Assembly (NCBI GenBank): GCA_963514005.1
Contig: OY740790.1
Span: 31,868,001 to 31,932,000 of the forward strand
Source: Raja brachyura
Taxonomy: Eukaryota
Reading direction: 5' to 3'
Length of the DNA stretch: 64,000 bases
In this document: piece by piece, positions 48,983-62,437 of the stretch
Position numbering within the stretch: position 1 is the stretch's first letter
How the letters are laid out: each line of letters starts with the position of its first letter
Position numbers and translations under genes: made by a program
Notes under the pieces: generated by a model
The model's input: only the letters and a program-made list of their open reading frames with translations
Database searches by the model: none
Told to the model about the DNA's origin: nothing

Positions 48983-49240
48983 GGCACAGTTGCTGCCTTG
49001 CAGCACCAGAGACCCAGGTTCAATCCTAACTACGGGTGCTGCCTGTACAGAGTTTTACGTTCTCCTTTGACTGTGTGAGTTTTCTCTGGGTGCTCCGATT
49101 TCCTCCCACACTCCAAAGATGTACAGGTTTGAAAGTTAGTTGGCTTCCATAAGTTGTAAATTATCCCAAGTGTGTGGGTAGTGTTAGAGTATGGGGTGAT
49201 CACTGTTCAGCACAGACTCGGCAGTATTTCTCTAAAGTCT
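48983..49240 (+). mobile_element. V-SINE copy
   Basis: GTTGCTGCC..CCAGAGACCCAGGTTCAATCC..TTCCTCCCACACTCCAAAGA. Confidence 0.8.
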
Positions 49241-49654
49241 CTCTCTAAAGCCAACCGATCTCCCTCCTATATTCTGACTCGTCATTTATCCAATGATCAT
49301 TCGTACAACGGTGGTGGCGTTAGCGAATTTAAAGATAGAGTTGGAGGTACAGTCTGGCTACACAGTGACCGTTGTTGTTAATTTGTACCGATAGTGTTCT
49401 GGTTTATGAGGAAGTTGAGGTTCCAGTTGCAAAGGGATGCACAGAAACCCAGTTCCCTGAGCTTGGTAATGAGTTTGGAAGGGATGATGGTGTTGAACGC
49501 TTACTCCTCGTTGATGAATGACAATCTGGTCCAGTGCAAGGTGGAGAGCCAGCGAGATCACATCCCCCATTCATGCATTGTAAGCATAGAAACATAGAAA
49601 ATAATTGCAGGAGGAAGCCAAAAAAATCGCCTAAGTGGTACAGGCCCATACCTT

Positions 49655-50630
49655 TACCACTAACTTCCATACTGCCCTCAAATTCACTTGGACTATCTCT
49701 GACACCCCTCTCAACCTTCTTGATCTCTGTCTCCATCACTGGAGACAGACTATCAACTAATGATTACTTTAAACCTACCGAATCCCGCAGTTATCTGGAC
49801 TACAACTCATCACATCCTGGTCCTTGCAAAAACTCTATCCCCTATTCTCAATTTCTCCATCTCCGCTGCATCTGTTCCCAAGAAGAGGTTTTCAATTCTA
49901 GGACATCTGAGATGTTTTTGTTCTTTAGCAAACGTGGTTTCTCCCCTTCTGTCATAGATGGATCCCTCACCCATGTCTTCACTGTGCCCTGTGGTTATGT
50001 TCCTGCTTCCCCTACCTGAGGCAGAACGAAGATAGAGTCCCCCTGGTCCTCACGTTGCACCCCACCAGCCTCTGCACACAAGACATCATCCTCCGATACC
50101 TCCGTCACCTCTAATGTAAATTCCACCACGTCACATCTTCCCATCCACACCCCTGTCTGCAGAGACCGCTCCCTCCTTGGTTCACTCATTCCATCCCACC
50201 CAAACCACCCCATCCCCAGGTACTTTTACCTGCAACTGCAGTAAATGTCACACCTGTCCTTTCACCTCCTCTCTCACCTCCATCCAGGGACCCCAGCAGT
50301 CCTTCCAAATGATTTAGAGGTTCACGTGCACCTGATCTAACCTCAGCACTGCATCTGGTGTTCCTGATGTGGTCTCCTGTATATCTCCAAGACCATATGT
50401 AGATCCCATGGCTGTTTCACCGACCACTTGTGCTGGGTCCGCCAAGGCCTACTGGATCTCCTGAATGCTTAACTCTTCTTTCGATTCCCACATTGACATT
50501 TCTGTCCTGGGTTTCCTCCATTGCAAGAATGAGGCCACATGCAAAATAGATGAACAAACAGCACCTTATATTCTGTTTGGGTAACTTTCAACCCAGTGGT
50601 ATAAACACTGAATTATCCAATTTTAGGTAA
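49655..50630 (+). mobile_element. Penelope RT C-terminus/GIY-YIG fragment
   Basis: FKPTESRSYLDYNSSHP..CKNSIPYSQFLHLRCICS. Confidence 0.85.
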
Positions 50631-52026
50631 GCAAATTTAAGTTGGACAACTTGTATTGTTTTCTCTGGAGTGCCAGAGGCTGAGGGGAGACATGGTAGAA
50701 TTATATAAAATTAAGAGGGGTATAGATAGGGTCGACAGACAGAACCTTTTGTCCAGGGTGGAAATGTTAAAAACTGAAAGCATAGCAATGTTGAGAAGGG
50801 CAAAGTTTAAAGGAGATTTTTTTTTTTTTTAACAAAATGGGGGTTCCTGATATGCACTGTCAAGGATAGTGATGGGACAGATATGTTAGTGCCATTTAAG
50901 AGGCTTTTAGATAGGGAATTGAGGGATATGGATCACTTGCAGGCAGAGGAGGTTAGTTTAACTTGGCATCATGTCTGCCATGGACATAGTGGGCCAAAGT
51001 CCCCTGTTACTCTGAAGTATGATGGAAGCTAATAATACTAAAGGCAATGTGGTATATGGTTTGATAGAGATCATTGCACAAGTGTCAATAAAAGTGATTG
51101 GTTGTCCATTTTAATGACACCCCCCCCCCCCCCCCCCCCATTGTTGAAACTAGTAGTTGTGTTCTGAAAAGACAATGGGGTGACAATGACTACTCTTGGG
51201 GTGAGGGGGGTTTAATAGAAGCTGATTTATTTCTCTTGTCAATTTCCAAAGTAATGTTTAAATGGTACTTTAATTCCCAAGTGGAAATGTGTTGTAAAAT
51301 GGCCTACAAAATGCACATAGTGTTCCCTAATTCATCAGTCACCTTATATTCAATGAGCATCATGGAAACGCATGTTGTAGCACCTGTAGTGTAGTAATGG
51401 TTTATTGGAAAATTCTTATTTTCGATTGATGTTCAGTTAACATTTTTTATGAGGGGGAAATAATCTTTAATGAATCGTCTAAAGATTTGTATTCGGCTTG
51501 TATTGGCGTGATAGATGAGGTACAGCCATTGAATATATTCAGATTTACCAAAAGCATTTGACACGTTATCATTAGGATTGAGATTAAAGATTCAGGGTCG
51601 CTTAACAGGATTGATGTTAAAAAAATGACCAATACTTGTAGAATCTGGGATGGCACGTTATGTAATATTGTTTAACTTGATGTTATGTCCTGCTTGTTGT
51701 AATGTGTAAATCTCTCTATCCTACACCCTCTGTAATACTGCACAATACTGTCCAAGATGCTCTGCAGTTTGAGGAGCATACTCCCCTCCAGGACCACCTC
51801 CCATGAATCCAACTCTGCCCCCAAAGTCACTATTACTTAAAAAGAAAACTAATGCATAATTTTGGAATCCAGTTCATGCCTGTGCATTGGATCTTTTGAT
51901 GGTATCGTACTCCATTGCACATAATTGGTGCTGCAAGAGACAACTATGTTGGAGAATAATACAATCAGTGGGATCTGCACAATCACAACATTTAATTACA
52001 GCAGCTTCCTTTCTTTCTTTACACAG

Positions 52027-52106
52027 CACCCATTGGGCAACTGGATGCCTGGTATACCATGGACCTATCAGATCCAAACCACCTAAAGGTCACTCTCTTC
52101 TGGAAG
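52027..52106 (+). CDS. IL12RB2: IL12RB2-like exon: FN3 D4 start
   Basis: APIGQLDAWYTMDLSDPNHLKVTLFWK; polypyrimidine-CAG acceptor and GTAAG donor; phase 1-0. Confidence 0.88.
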
Positions 52107-52419
52107 GTAAGAGACTTCTAATTCAATGTTTAATTAAGCATGAGGAAAAGGCAATCTTGTGGGGACTAGCTCTGAAAATGAAAATTAGTTGCATGGTAGT
52201 TCTGTTACCTGCACGTGTCTCCGTCGCGAACGTTATCACATCAAACGAGGTTAGATCATAAGTTTGCTTCAGTTCAGCTTTGCCTTTTGTTAAATGCCTT
52301 GTAATTATTTTTGAGATATAAACAGAAACTGCTGGAAACATCCAGTAGGTCAGGCAGCAACTGTGGAAAATAGACAGAATTAACATTTCAAATCCCTCTG
52401 CTCTACAATACGCGCCCAA

Positions 52420-52690
52420 AGGGCAGTACAATGGTGCAGCAATAGTGTTGCTGCCTCACAGTGCCAGAGACCTGGGTTGATCCTGGCCATGCGGAGTTTG
52501 CACATTCTCCCTGTGACCACATGGATTTCCTTTAGGTGTTCTGGTTTCCTCTCACATTCTAAAGACGTACCTTGTGTAGGTTAATTGGCTTCTGTAAATT
52601 ACCTCTAGTGTGTCGCATGGGAGAGATGGATAGAACTACAAGTGATCGATGGTTTGTCCGAAGGGTGTCTCCATGCTGTATTTCTCTATC
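52420..52690 (+). mobile_element. V-SINE copy
   Basis: Same head and V core as 43106. Confidence 0.75.
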
Positions 52691-53398
52691 TCTCTCTCTC
52701 TCTCTCTCAAAATACACCTCACACTTATCTGCAGTGAGGTCCATTAACCATCCCTCAACCCGCTTGCCAAATGATCAAGATCCTGCTGTAATTATTGATA
52801 ACCTTCTTGACTATCTACGATACCACCTACTTTAGTGTGATCTGCACTTACTAATCATGCCTTGTACATTCTCATCCAAATTGTTGATGTAAAACACAAA
52901 CAGCAATGGGGACCAGCGATGATCCCTCAGGCACAACACTAGTCACGGGTCTCCAGTCAGAAAAACAACCTTCCACCATCACCCTCAGCTTCCTTCCATG
53001 AAGTCTATTTTCTATTTGGTCGGCTAGCTCTCCCTGGATCACATGCACTCTAACTTTTCAGAGCACCCTGCCATGAGAAATCTTATAAAATGCCTTGCTG
53101 AAATCTACATAGACAGTGTTTCACTGTATGGGTTTTCTCTGGGTGCTCCAGTTTCCCCCCACATTACAAAGATGTGCAGCTTAGTGGCTTTGCCCTCATC
53201 AACCTTTTTGGTCAGATTCATGAGACATGATCTCCCACATTCAAAACCATGTTAGGCTCACTGGTCTATAGTACCCAGGCTTTTTCATGCATCACTTCTT
53301 AAATAGAGGTCTTCCAGCACCTCATCCATATCTAATGATGATTTATCTGCCTCGGCCTGCAAAATCTTCTCTAGCTTCCCAAAGTGTCCTCAGATACA

Positions 53399-53720
53399 GG
53401 GTGGCACAGCGATAGAGTTGCTGCCACATAGCTCCAGAGAACTAGCTTCGATCCTGACTACGTGTGCTACTTGTATGGTTTGTACATTCTCCCTGTGATC
53501 GAGTTGGTTTCCTCTGGGTGCTCGAAAGATGTGCAGGTTGTTGGGCTAATTGACTTCTGTAAATTATCCCTAGTGTGTAGAATAGAACTAGTGTATGCAT
53601 GTTGGCTGGTCAGTGCAGATTCGGTGGGCCGAATGGCCTGTTTGCATGTGTATCTTTTGGCTGATCGGTGCAGATTCAGTGGGCCAAATGGCCTGTTTCC
53701 ATATGTATCTTTAAACTAAG
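53399..53720 (+). mobile_element. V-SINE copy inserted in an old CR1
   Basis: GGTGGCACAGCGATAGAGTTGCTGCC head; duplicated tail. Confidence 0.75.
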
Positions 53721-55238
53721 GACCATGAGATTTGTCCACCTTCATACAACTCAAGATGTTTAGCACCCCCTTGTCTGTAATACTGACTGTCCTCAAGACA
53801 TTTCCATTGACTGTCCTGAGTTCCTGTCTTCATGTCATTCTCCACAGTAAAAAAGAGCAGAATCCCGCATTGAGGACTGTACTATTACCTCCTGTCCTAC
53901 ATTGCTCAGCCTCCTCGCCAAAGACTCGTGAGTGAAAGCCCCACATTTCCCTTTCACTCTGTACTTCCCCTCCACACTGCCAGTCCCAAAAGGCCATCAC
54001 GCTATTCATGCCATCTTTTTATTAATTATTCTATTAACTCATTTTGATCACCCACTCAATCCACCACGTGTTTTGCAATTCTCCCTTTCCTGCTCCAACA
54101 ATGAAATTAACTGACTCCACCAATACACAGTCTTGCTTCTAATGGCCTTTGTAAACCACTAATGGTTGTATGAATACCATTGTAAATCCAAAAAAAGTTT
54201 AATTAATGTGATATTTGTAAGAATACAATTTCTTAATTTAACCCTCACTGGATTAGAATTTGTACATAAACAAGGGGAATAGCAATTAAATAAGATTAGT
54301 TTACTGGGTACCCTCACAGGAACTCTCCTGAACACCTTGTATAATGTATTAGAGGAGGGGGTGGGGGGTATTGTTGAGGAAAATGCTCATTTAGGAAAAT
54401 TAACTTGACTACAACAAGATTCTTATCTGATTTTAAGATGTTGCTTCAGATTAAATTCACACTCACGTTAGAGGTTGATTTATACTCTGATTCTAAGGCT
54501 TTATTTTTCAGATAAAAAACTTCGAAGGCTTTATTTTTCTTAAAAGCTCTGTTAGGCTTTATCTGATATCCATTTTCCTCCTTTTCATCTCTAATTTACA
54601 CCTACTCCACCAATCCGACAATCAACTGCATCCATCTATCGCTTACCAACCTTGCCGCCCTACCTCTCTTTTCCAGCTTTCAGTTCCCTAGTCGTATCTG
54701 TCTGAAGATGGGTCCCGACCCGACCCGACCCTCCCTAGGTGCTGCCTGACCTGCTGAGTTTCTCTAGCACTTTGTATTTTGCGGAAGATTCCAGCATCTG
54801 CAGTCTCTTGTGTCTCTATCTGTCACTGTTTTCCAATATTAAACTTGTGAAAATACAGTTTTTCATTGTGTCAGTGACTACAAATGGCGGTATGATCTCG
54901 CAAGTGAAGATCACTAGGAGTTTTGATTCGGGATGTTACTTCACAGTAACTGGTTGGAAGTGATTGAGAATAGGTTAGTACATTAGCAGAAGCAGTGTTC
55001 CATTCTCCTGCACCTTCCCATATAGTGAAGAAAAATTAATATATCCACCAATCCAAAGCAGACAGTGAAAGAAAGAAATAACAAGTGTGCAATAGCTTCA
55101 AAGTGTGGCTATCAGAATAGTGTTGGTGATGGTTGGAGAGAGGAAAGCTGTATTTAGTAGAGGAAATCATATTTGATGGTATATGTTTCAATTGAATTCT
55201 TGGGGAAATATTACTAAATCACATTATTATTATTATAG

Positions 55239-55452
55239 CCTCTCAAGGTATTTGAAGTCAGAGGAAGAGTCTTGGGGTACAACATAACTCTACAAGAAAG
55301 CATAAAGAATAACACAACCATTTGGATACAGCAGACGACGAAGACCTGGTACACAGGGGACATTCCCAGGTCAGGCTGTGTCATCACAGTGTCTGTATAC
55401 AACTGCAGGGGCAGTTCTCCACCAACTCAACTCCACCTATCGTCTCTCAGAG
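55239..55452 (+). CDS. IL12RB2: IL12RB2-like exon: FN3 D4
   Basis: PLKVFEVRGRVLGYNITLQE...VSVYNCRGSSPPT; phase 0-1. Confidence 0.9.
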
Positions 55453-56317
55453 GTAAAACAAAATGTCTCTGTTTTCACTACATTTCTGGAAAATCTGGTG
55501 TGTCACTTTAAGAAGATAATCTTTTCCATACCCTTTCCTGCCCAATGACATGTTTCCTATAGCAGAGTGAACAGAACTATCCATAATACTCCAAATGTCA
55601 TCTCACCAACATCTTAAACAGCTACAGCATGATAACCAATTCAGTTTGTTCTGAACGTTTTCATACCTCTCATTTCCCTCCCCCCTGATTCTCAGTATGA
55701 AGAAGGGTCTCAACCCGAAACATCAGCTATTCCTTTTCTCCAGATACTCTGCTTGTCCCTCTGAGTTACTCCATAATTTTGTGTCTATCCTGTTGTAATT
55801 TCCTTTCCTGATGAAGGCAAACTTGCCAAAAGTATTCTTCATCACCGTGTTATGACCTTTAGGGCATTGTGTGCCTGTATCCCTAGATCTCTCTAATATC
55901 TCTCCTCTATTATTCTCCAAGGCCCTCCCATTTACCGTGCAAATGCAAGCTCATTTACTAAAATGCACCACCTTACACTTGTCATTTCTTCGCCGACTTC
56001 TCTCATTTATCCAGACCCTTTTGTAAACTTGGATAGCCCTCCTCATTGTCCACGATACCAACAATTCTGATCATCTGCAAATTTATTAACTATATTCACT
56101 ACATTGTCATCCAAATCGTCATAGATGACAAACAATAGTGGAGCCAGCCACTGATCCATGAAGGTCATCACTGGTAACAGGCCTCCAGTCAGAAAACCAA
56201 TTCTCTACCATCACTCTCTGATTCCTTCTATTGAGCCAAGTTTGAATACAGTTGGCTAGCTCATCCTGGATTCAAAGTGATCTAACTTTCAGGTCTAGTC
56301 TACCATGTGGGACCTTA

Positions 56318-57000
56318 TGAAAGTAAGCATGCAGGTACAGCAGGCAGTGAAGAAAGCAAATGGCATGTTGGCCTTCATAACAAGAGGAATCAAATATCGG
56401 AGCAAAGAGGTCCTTCTGCAGTTGTACAGAGTTCTAGTGAGACCACACCTGGAGTATTGTGTGCCGTTTTCATCCCCTAATTTGAGGAAGGACATTCTTG
56501 CTATTGAGGGAGTGCAGCGGAGGTTTACAAGGTTAATTCCCGGGATGGCGGGACTGTCATATGCTGAGAGAATGGAGCAGCTGAGCTTGTACACTCTGGA
56601 GTTTAGAAGGATGAGAGGGGATCTCATTGAAACATATAAGATTGTTAAGGGCTTGGACACGCTAGAGGCAGGAAACATGTTCCCGATGTTGGGGGAGTCC
56701 AGAACCAGGGGCCACAGTTTAAGAATAAGGAGTAAGCCATTTAGAACAGAGACGAGGAAACACTTTTTCTCACAGAGAGTGGTGAGTCTGTGGAATTCTC
56801 TGCCTCAGAGGGCGCTGGAGGCAGGTTCTCTGGATGCTTTCAAGAGAGAGCCAGATAGGGCTCTTAAAAATAGCGGAGTCAGTGGATATGGGGAGAAGGC
56901 AGGAACGGGGTACTGATTGGGGATGCTCAGCCATGATCACATTGAATGGCGGTGCTGGCTCGAAGGGCCGAATGGCAACTCCTGCACCAATTGTCTATTG
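56318..57000 (+). mobile_element. Young CR1 3' fragment inside an older antisense CR1
   Basis: ORF 56305-56916 is near-identical in protein to the end of ORF 5870-8365. Confidence 0.92.
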
Positions 57001-57505
57001 CCTCTCAAGTCTATATGGACTATGTCAATCCACTTGATGAAGTGTTCAAAACCTAAATCTATCAAATTAATGAGACATGATTTCCCACACACAATCCAGT
57101 GCTGTCTATCTCTAATCTGCCCTTTGTGGGCCGAAGGGCCTAGTCCTGTACTGTTGTATGTTCAAAATATGCTTTTACATTTCTTATATTCCTCACTTAA
57201 TCCCAGTTGCCTATACCTGACACATGTCTTTTTATAAATGTCTGGAGTCTCAATACCCCTCTGACCAGGATTCGCTAAGCCTGCCAGCCTTGCCCTTTAC
57301 TCTAACCAGCTGTTGATTAATTCTTCCAGTCTCACCTTTAAAAGCCTTTTGCTTGCCATATTTCCCCTTGCCTGTAAACTGCATCTCACAGTCAACCTCT
57401 GCATGTTCTTGTCTAATACCTTCAAAAGAAACCTGTACTTATAAAAACATTAAAGTGCTTTACTCATGTCTTAATTTACTGATTTTTATTTCTTCAAATG
57501 GATAG

Positions 57506-57700
57506 ACCTTCCTCCAGCAAGAAACATCTCCACTGTGTATTCTGAGAATAATTGGATCCTAATTAATTGGATGGAACCAGTAAAACCACCAGTGACAGTC
57601 CAAGGATATGTAGTAATGTGGACAGAAGTAAATGATAAACTCAATCAAAATATAAATTGGATTAACCTCCCTCCTCAGAACCGTTCAGCAAGATTAACAG
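57506..57700 (+). CDS. IL12RB2: IL12RB2-like exon: FN3 D5, first part
   Basis: DLPPARNIST...ILINWMEP...VQGYVVMW...INWI; phase 1-1. Confidence 0.9.
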
Positions 57701-58806
57701 GTAAATTAGGTCTTTAAACAAGCCACAGCATCTAACCTACCTACCTACTGCCCTTCAAGATCTTGTGTGATGCGATCATGTTTTTTTTTAAAGTAATAAA
57801 TTCAGCATGACAGTTTATTTATGGGTTCTAAGATTCCCTACATCAGAGGTAGATTTTTATTTGTAGCTTTTGGATCTGGGTAGAAGGAATGGAAAACCAG
57901 TCACAGAGGACTGAATACCCATAAGAGATCCCATGTGACCAATTAATACCCATAAGAGTAGCTCAATGAATTTGCATGCAAGTAATCAACCAGGACTTGC
58001 TATAGCTAGATTGACCCAATCTCCCGCACTACCCTACCATGACCTAATATGGGAGAACATAAGGTGTATGCAATTATATCGCTGATCTAGTGCATACTTA
58101 TTTACTGGAAGCTCGGCAAGACCAGTGGGGAAACTAGTTTCTGTTGTTGGAAGTTTTTTGGTAAATATTTTGTACCAAAAAAAACCATATATTACCCTGG
58201 TGAATGATGTGGGGCGGGGGGGGGGGGGAGAACACTTGGCAAGCAGAGGAATTTTTTAGGAAAACAGTAGGTATGCATTAATGTTGTGGGAATAGGTGAA
58301 TATTCCAACTGATGGGATGAAGCAATGGGTAAGATCTGGCCAAAATATGCATTGATTGGTATTCAATACAGAATCATCTGTATTACAGATTATAATATTT
58401 AAACAGAAAGGAATGGGGGTGAATTGAAGATTGCATGAATACAAGGAGATAGGAATTTGGGTATGTTTTGAAATTTTATAGAAAATCAGTGAGTATCCCT
58501 CCTAATCCTGGAAAGTTGAGTACATCGTCTCGAACATATTCAACTACTGAGTTAAGATCAGAAGCAATCTAGGTTGCATGGTATTTAGTAGACTACACAA
58601 AATATTTGTGTAGTTTTCAAGTGTTCAAAATGTCTATACCTAATTGTTTTGGGGGAAAGCCCCCATATCCTATGCATGGTTTCTGATAAAGCAGGTACAC
58701 AATAGATTATCTTTCCTTGCACCCATAGTCTTTAAATCACCCACTGCCCAAAATGTGAACCAGAGCAGAATACATCCCAATAAGCCCCTTTCTTATTACA
58801 TTACAG

Positions 58807-58908
58807 AAAATATAAAACCGAAGACATGCTTTCAGATCTCCGTCTTTGCAGTTTACGAAAATGGTGCAGGGATACCACTATCAACTTGGAAATATACAGC
58901 ACCAGAAG
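58807..58908 (+). CDS. IL12RB2: IL12RB2-like exon: FN3 D5, second part
   Basis: ENIKPKTCFQISVFAVYENGAG; phase 1-1. Confidence 0.9.
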
Positions 58909-59000
58909 GTAACAAAATTCAAACTTTGGGTTGATTAAAAACATGAAGTCATGGAAATAAGATTATTTTAACCACGACTTTAACTGTTTTTGTTTAGCAG

Positions 59001-59147
59001 CTCCACGGTCAGGAACTTTGGTCTTCACCAAAGACCATACTGCAGCCATATTTTGGAATATTCCACAGGTTCAGAAAGAGAGCTGCACTGAGAGCTATAT
59101 CCTCCACAAACGGGAGAAGGGTTCAAAGTTGCCACCTACAATTTATG
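59001..59147 (+). CDS. IL12RB2: IL12RB2-like exon: FN3 D6, first half
   Basis: APRSGTLVFTKDHTAAIFWNIPQVQKESCTESYILHKREKGSKLPPTIY; follows a 92-nt intron; phase 1-1. Confidence 0.82.
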
Positions 59148-59219
59148 GTTAGTATGAAGGATAAATATCAATTCAGAACTGCAAGAAATTGATGCAGCGA
59201 AGATCTCCAGTGTCACACA

Positions 59220-59465
59220 AGGCACAGCTATAGAGTTGCTGCCTTGGAGCTCCACCAATCTGGCTTCATTCCTGACATATTATGTTGTTTGTGTGGAGTT
59301 TGCATATTCTCCACGATGGCATGTTTCCCCAGGTCCTCTGATTTCCTTGCACACCCAAAGGCACATGAGTTAATAGATTAAGTGATCACTGTAAATTGCT
59401 CCTGGTGTGTTGGTGAGTGATAGAATCAGGGGGGAGATAATGGAAATATGGGGAGTATAAAATAG
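59220..59465 (+). mobile_element. Old V-SINE copy
   Basis: GGCACAGCTATAGAGTTGCTGCC head and degenerate V core. Confidence 0.65.
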
Positions 59466-59489
59466 GCTTCCTATTTTCATCCTGCACTC

Positions 59490-61365
59490 AAATTCTCATG
59501 GACCAGCTCCTACATCTCCCTTCCATTTCTTGATCTCACTCTCTATCACAGAAGATAGACTATCGGTGGACATCTATTATAAACCTACTGACTCCCACAG
59601 CTATCTAAACTACACTTCTTCCCACCCCGCCTCCTGCAAAGACTCTATCCCCTACGCCCAATTCCTCCGTCTACGTCACATTTGCGCCCAAGTTCCATAC
59701 CAGGACATCCAAGATGTCCTTATTCTTTTGGGAATCTTGGCATCAAATTGCAGAATGATCTACGTTGGAATGGTCAGACTCATCATGTAACAGTGAAAGC
59801 AACAGGTGTCCTAAACTTCCTGAGGCGCAACTTCCATCATTGTTCAGCTTCTGTCAAGGAGAAGCTGTATTTCACCCTCGTTAGACCTCATCTGGACTAC
59901 GCAGTTGCAGCTTGGGACCCATACACAGATAAAAACATTTCATCCATCGAACGTGTCCAAGGACAGGGCGCTCGATTTGTTACTAACACCTACGAGAGAG
60001 AAGCGAGTGTCACCAAACTTCTGAATTCTCTGGGGTGGAACCCTCTCCAAGACAGACGTGAAGCTCACCGTTTGACTTGTTTTTACAAAATGTTAAATGG
60101 TCAGCTGGACATAGATCACAAGACCTGCACCAACCCCAAACCAATTAGGAGCAGACGAGGGCATTCAATCCAATTTGTGGTCCCAGCCTCAAAGACAGAT
60201 GTGTACAGCAATTCGTTCTTTCCACGCACTATTAAAGCATGGAATAATCTCCACCAATCCACGGTTGCCCAGCCAGATGCAACAAAATTGAAAGTGGCAC
60301 TTTCTTCCCAATAGCCCTCTCTGGCTAAACCCCTCCCTTCACCACCTGCAGTTTAAATTCCAGTTGGAATATTTTGTAGGACCAAGTAACCAAGAACCAA
60401 GAACGGAGGTTCCCCGCTTCCATCGTAGATGGGGCCCTCACATGCGTCTCCTCAGTATCCCGCAGCTCTGCTCTTGCTCCCCAATTGCAACTTGGACAGA
60501 GACCCCCTAGTACTCGCCTTTCACCCCATCTCCACCTCCAACGGGATCCCACCACTAGCCACATCTTCCCGTCTACACCCCTTTCCACTTTCTGCAGAGA
60601 CCGTTTCCTCAGCAACTCCCTGGTTCACTCATCATTTCCCATCCAAATCACCCCCTCACGAGCTACTTTCCTCTGCTACTACAGGAGATGCAACACCTGT
60701 CTCTATACCTCCTCCCTTGAGTTCGTCCAAGGACCCATTCAATCCTTTCAGGTGAGGCAAAGGTCGCTTGCACCTCCTCCAACCTCATCTATTTTTGTAT
60801 CCACTGTTCCAGACGTGGACGCCTATACTTCAGCGAGACCAAGCGCAGGCTTGGCGATCGTTTCGCTGAATACCTCCGCTCAGTCTGCCTTGGCCTATGT
60901 GATCTCCCGGTTGCTAAACACTTTAACCCCCTCCCCATTGACCTTTCTGCACTTTCCGGGGCCTCCTCCACTGTCAGTGAGGCCCAATGCCAATTTGAGG
61001 AACAGCACCTCATATTTTGCATGGGCAGCGTTCAACCCAGCGGTATGAATATTAATTTCTCTAACTTCAAGTAACCCTTGCCTTCCCTTCCCCCACCCTA
61101 GTTCTCTGACTAGTTTCACTGCCCTGATTAATTTTACTGATTGTATGCCTCCTTGGCACCTTCCCCTCAGCTAACTATGAACCATTGTACATTTCCTTAT
61201 CGGCTGCTTTGATCAGTTGTTTTCATGTGACCCTTCCATATCTTGAGTTTTCCTCCCCCGTCTCTCAGTCTGAAGATGGGTCTGGACCTGAAACTTCACC
61301 CATTCTTTCTCTCCAGAGATGATGCCTGTCCCCATGGGTTATTCCAGCAGTTTGTGTCTATCTTT
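59490..61365 (+). mobile_element. Penelope fragment (RT end, GIY-YIG, pseudo-LTR)
   Basis: IYYKPTDSHSYLNYTSSHPASCKDSIPYAQFLRL; ETKRRLGDRFAE; CTGAAGATGGGTCTGGACCTGAAAC at about 61270. Confidence 0.88.
59735..60403 (+). mobile_element. 3' fragment of a divergent CR1-group LINE with a (CCAAGAA)n tail
   Basis: LNFLRRNF...KEKLYFTLVRPHLDYAVAAWDPY...NSFFPRTIKAWNNL; it interrupts the Penelope copy. Confidence 0.8.
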
Positions 61366-62437
61366 AGTGTAAATGATGACTGGCAGGCTCCGAGTGGAAG
61401 GGGCTTTGTCCATGTGGTACGGTGTCTGTGTCTCACTCTGTGACTGACATTTATTCATTTTAAACATCACAACAAAATAAGATCTTGCTCAAATTTCTTA
61501 TCAGCTTAACATTTATGGCATACCCTATTAATGCCTGTAGCTATGGAGGAACATGTTAGTAAATGGAAGATCTTAGAAAAATATAGAACCATTGTGGAAG
61601 GAACAGAATAATGGCAACCATTCAGCCCCTTGTCCGTGCTGTTTTCCTGCCGCAGCTATCTAAAACTTTGCCCTATTGCCTTGTTACAGCCTAGATTCTA
61701 TACAATCCCTCTCCCTGTGGGAAAGCTTTCCTTCTATGTACAACCTTGTATGTGATTACATTTATCCCAAACTTCAACATTTCAATGGCTAATAGGCATC
61801 TGTAATGGTGGTGTAACTGTTGAGGGTGTTTGATCCTCTGGTGCTGCAGGAAAAATGTTGGTGGTAGTTAGAGAGTGTTTTTTTCAGGCTGGCATTGTTG
61901 AAGTCACTGACAAAAAGTTTTATTCATTCGTCGCCATGGGTTATGCTGTGCATTTTCTTTTTATAGCTTGCATAGTATTTTGTTTTTTGGGAAGAGGATC
62001 ATGCGAGCACAAGCCAGGCCAGTTCAGTTTAAGTTTATTGTTACATGTACTGAGATACAGTGAAAAGCTTGTTGCGTGCTATCCAGTCAGCGGAAAGACA
62101 ACACATGGCTACAATTGGGCCATTTACAGTGTATAGATACATAATAGAATAACGTTTAGTTCAAGATAAACCCAGCAAAGTCCGATCAAGGATAGTCCAT
62201 GGGCCACCAAAGAGGTAAATAGTAGACTACAGTATAGTAGTCTCAATGTCACTCAGGTGTTCTGTAGATTGGCGATGTGAGTCGAGGAGGCATGAGGAGT
62301 AAGAGTACACAGAAAGAATTGGATGGTCAAAAGATATTATCAGCGAGCTATTTTGGTGTTGCGTAGATAACACAGGTCACCTTTGGGCAGTCAGCTGATC
62401 TATGGATTTAAACTGCTGAAATGTTCTTGCTCCTCAG

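Noticed and set aside
61855-62136. 93-aa ORF as the missing FN3 or TM exon
   Set aside because: No FN3 motifs, and it runs into a LINE-tail repeat. A better TM exon with the correct phases is at 62438.
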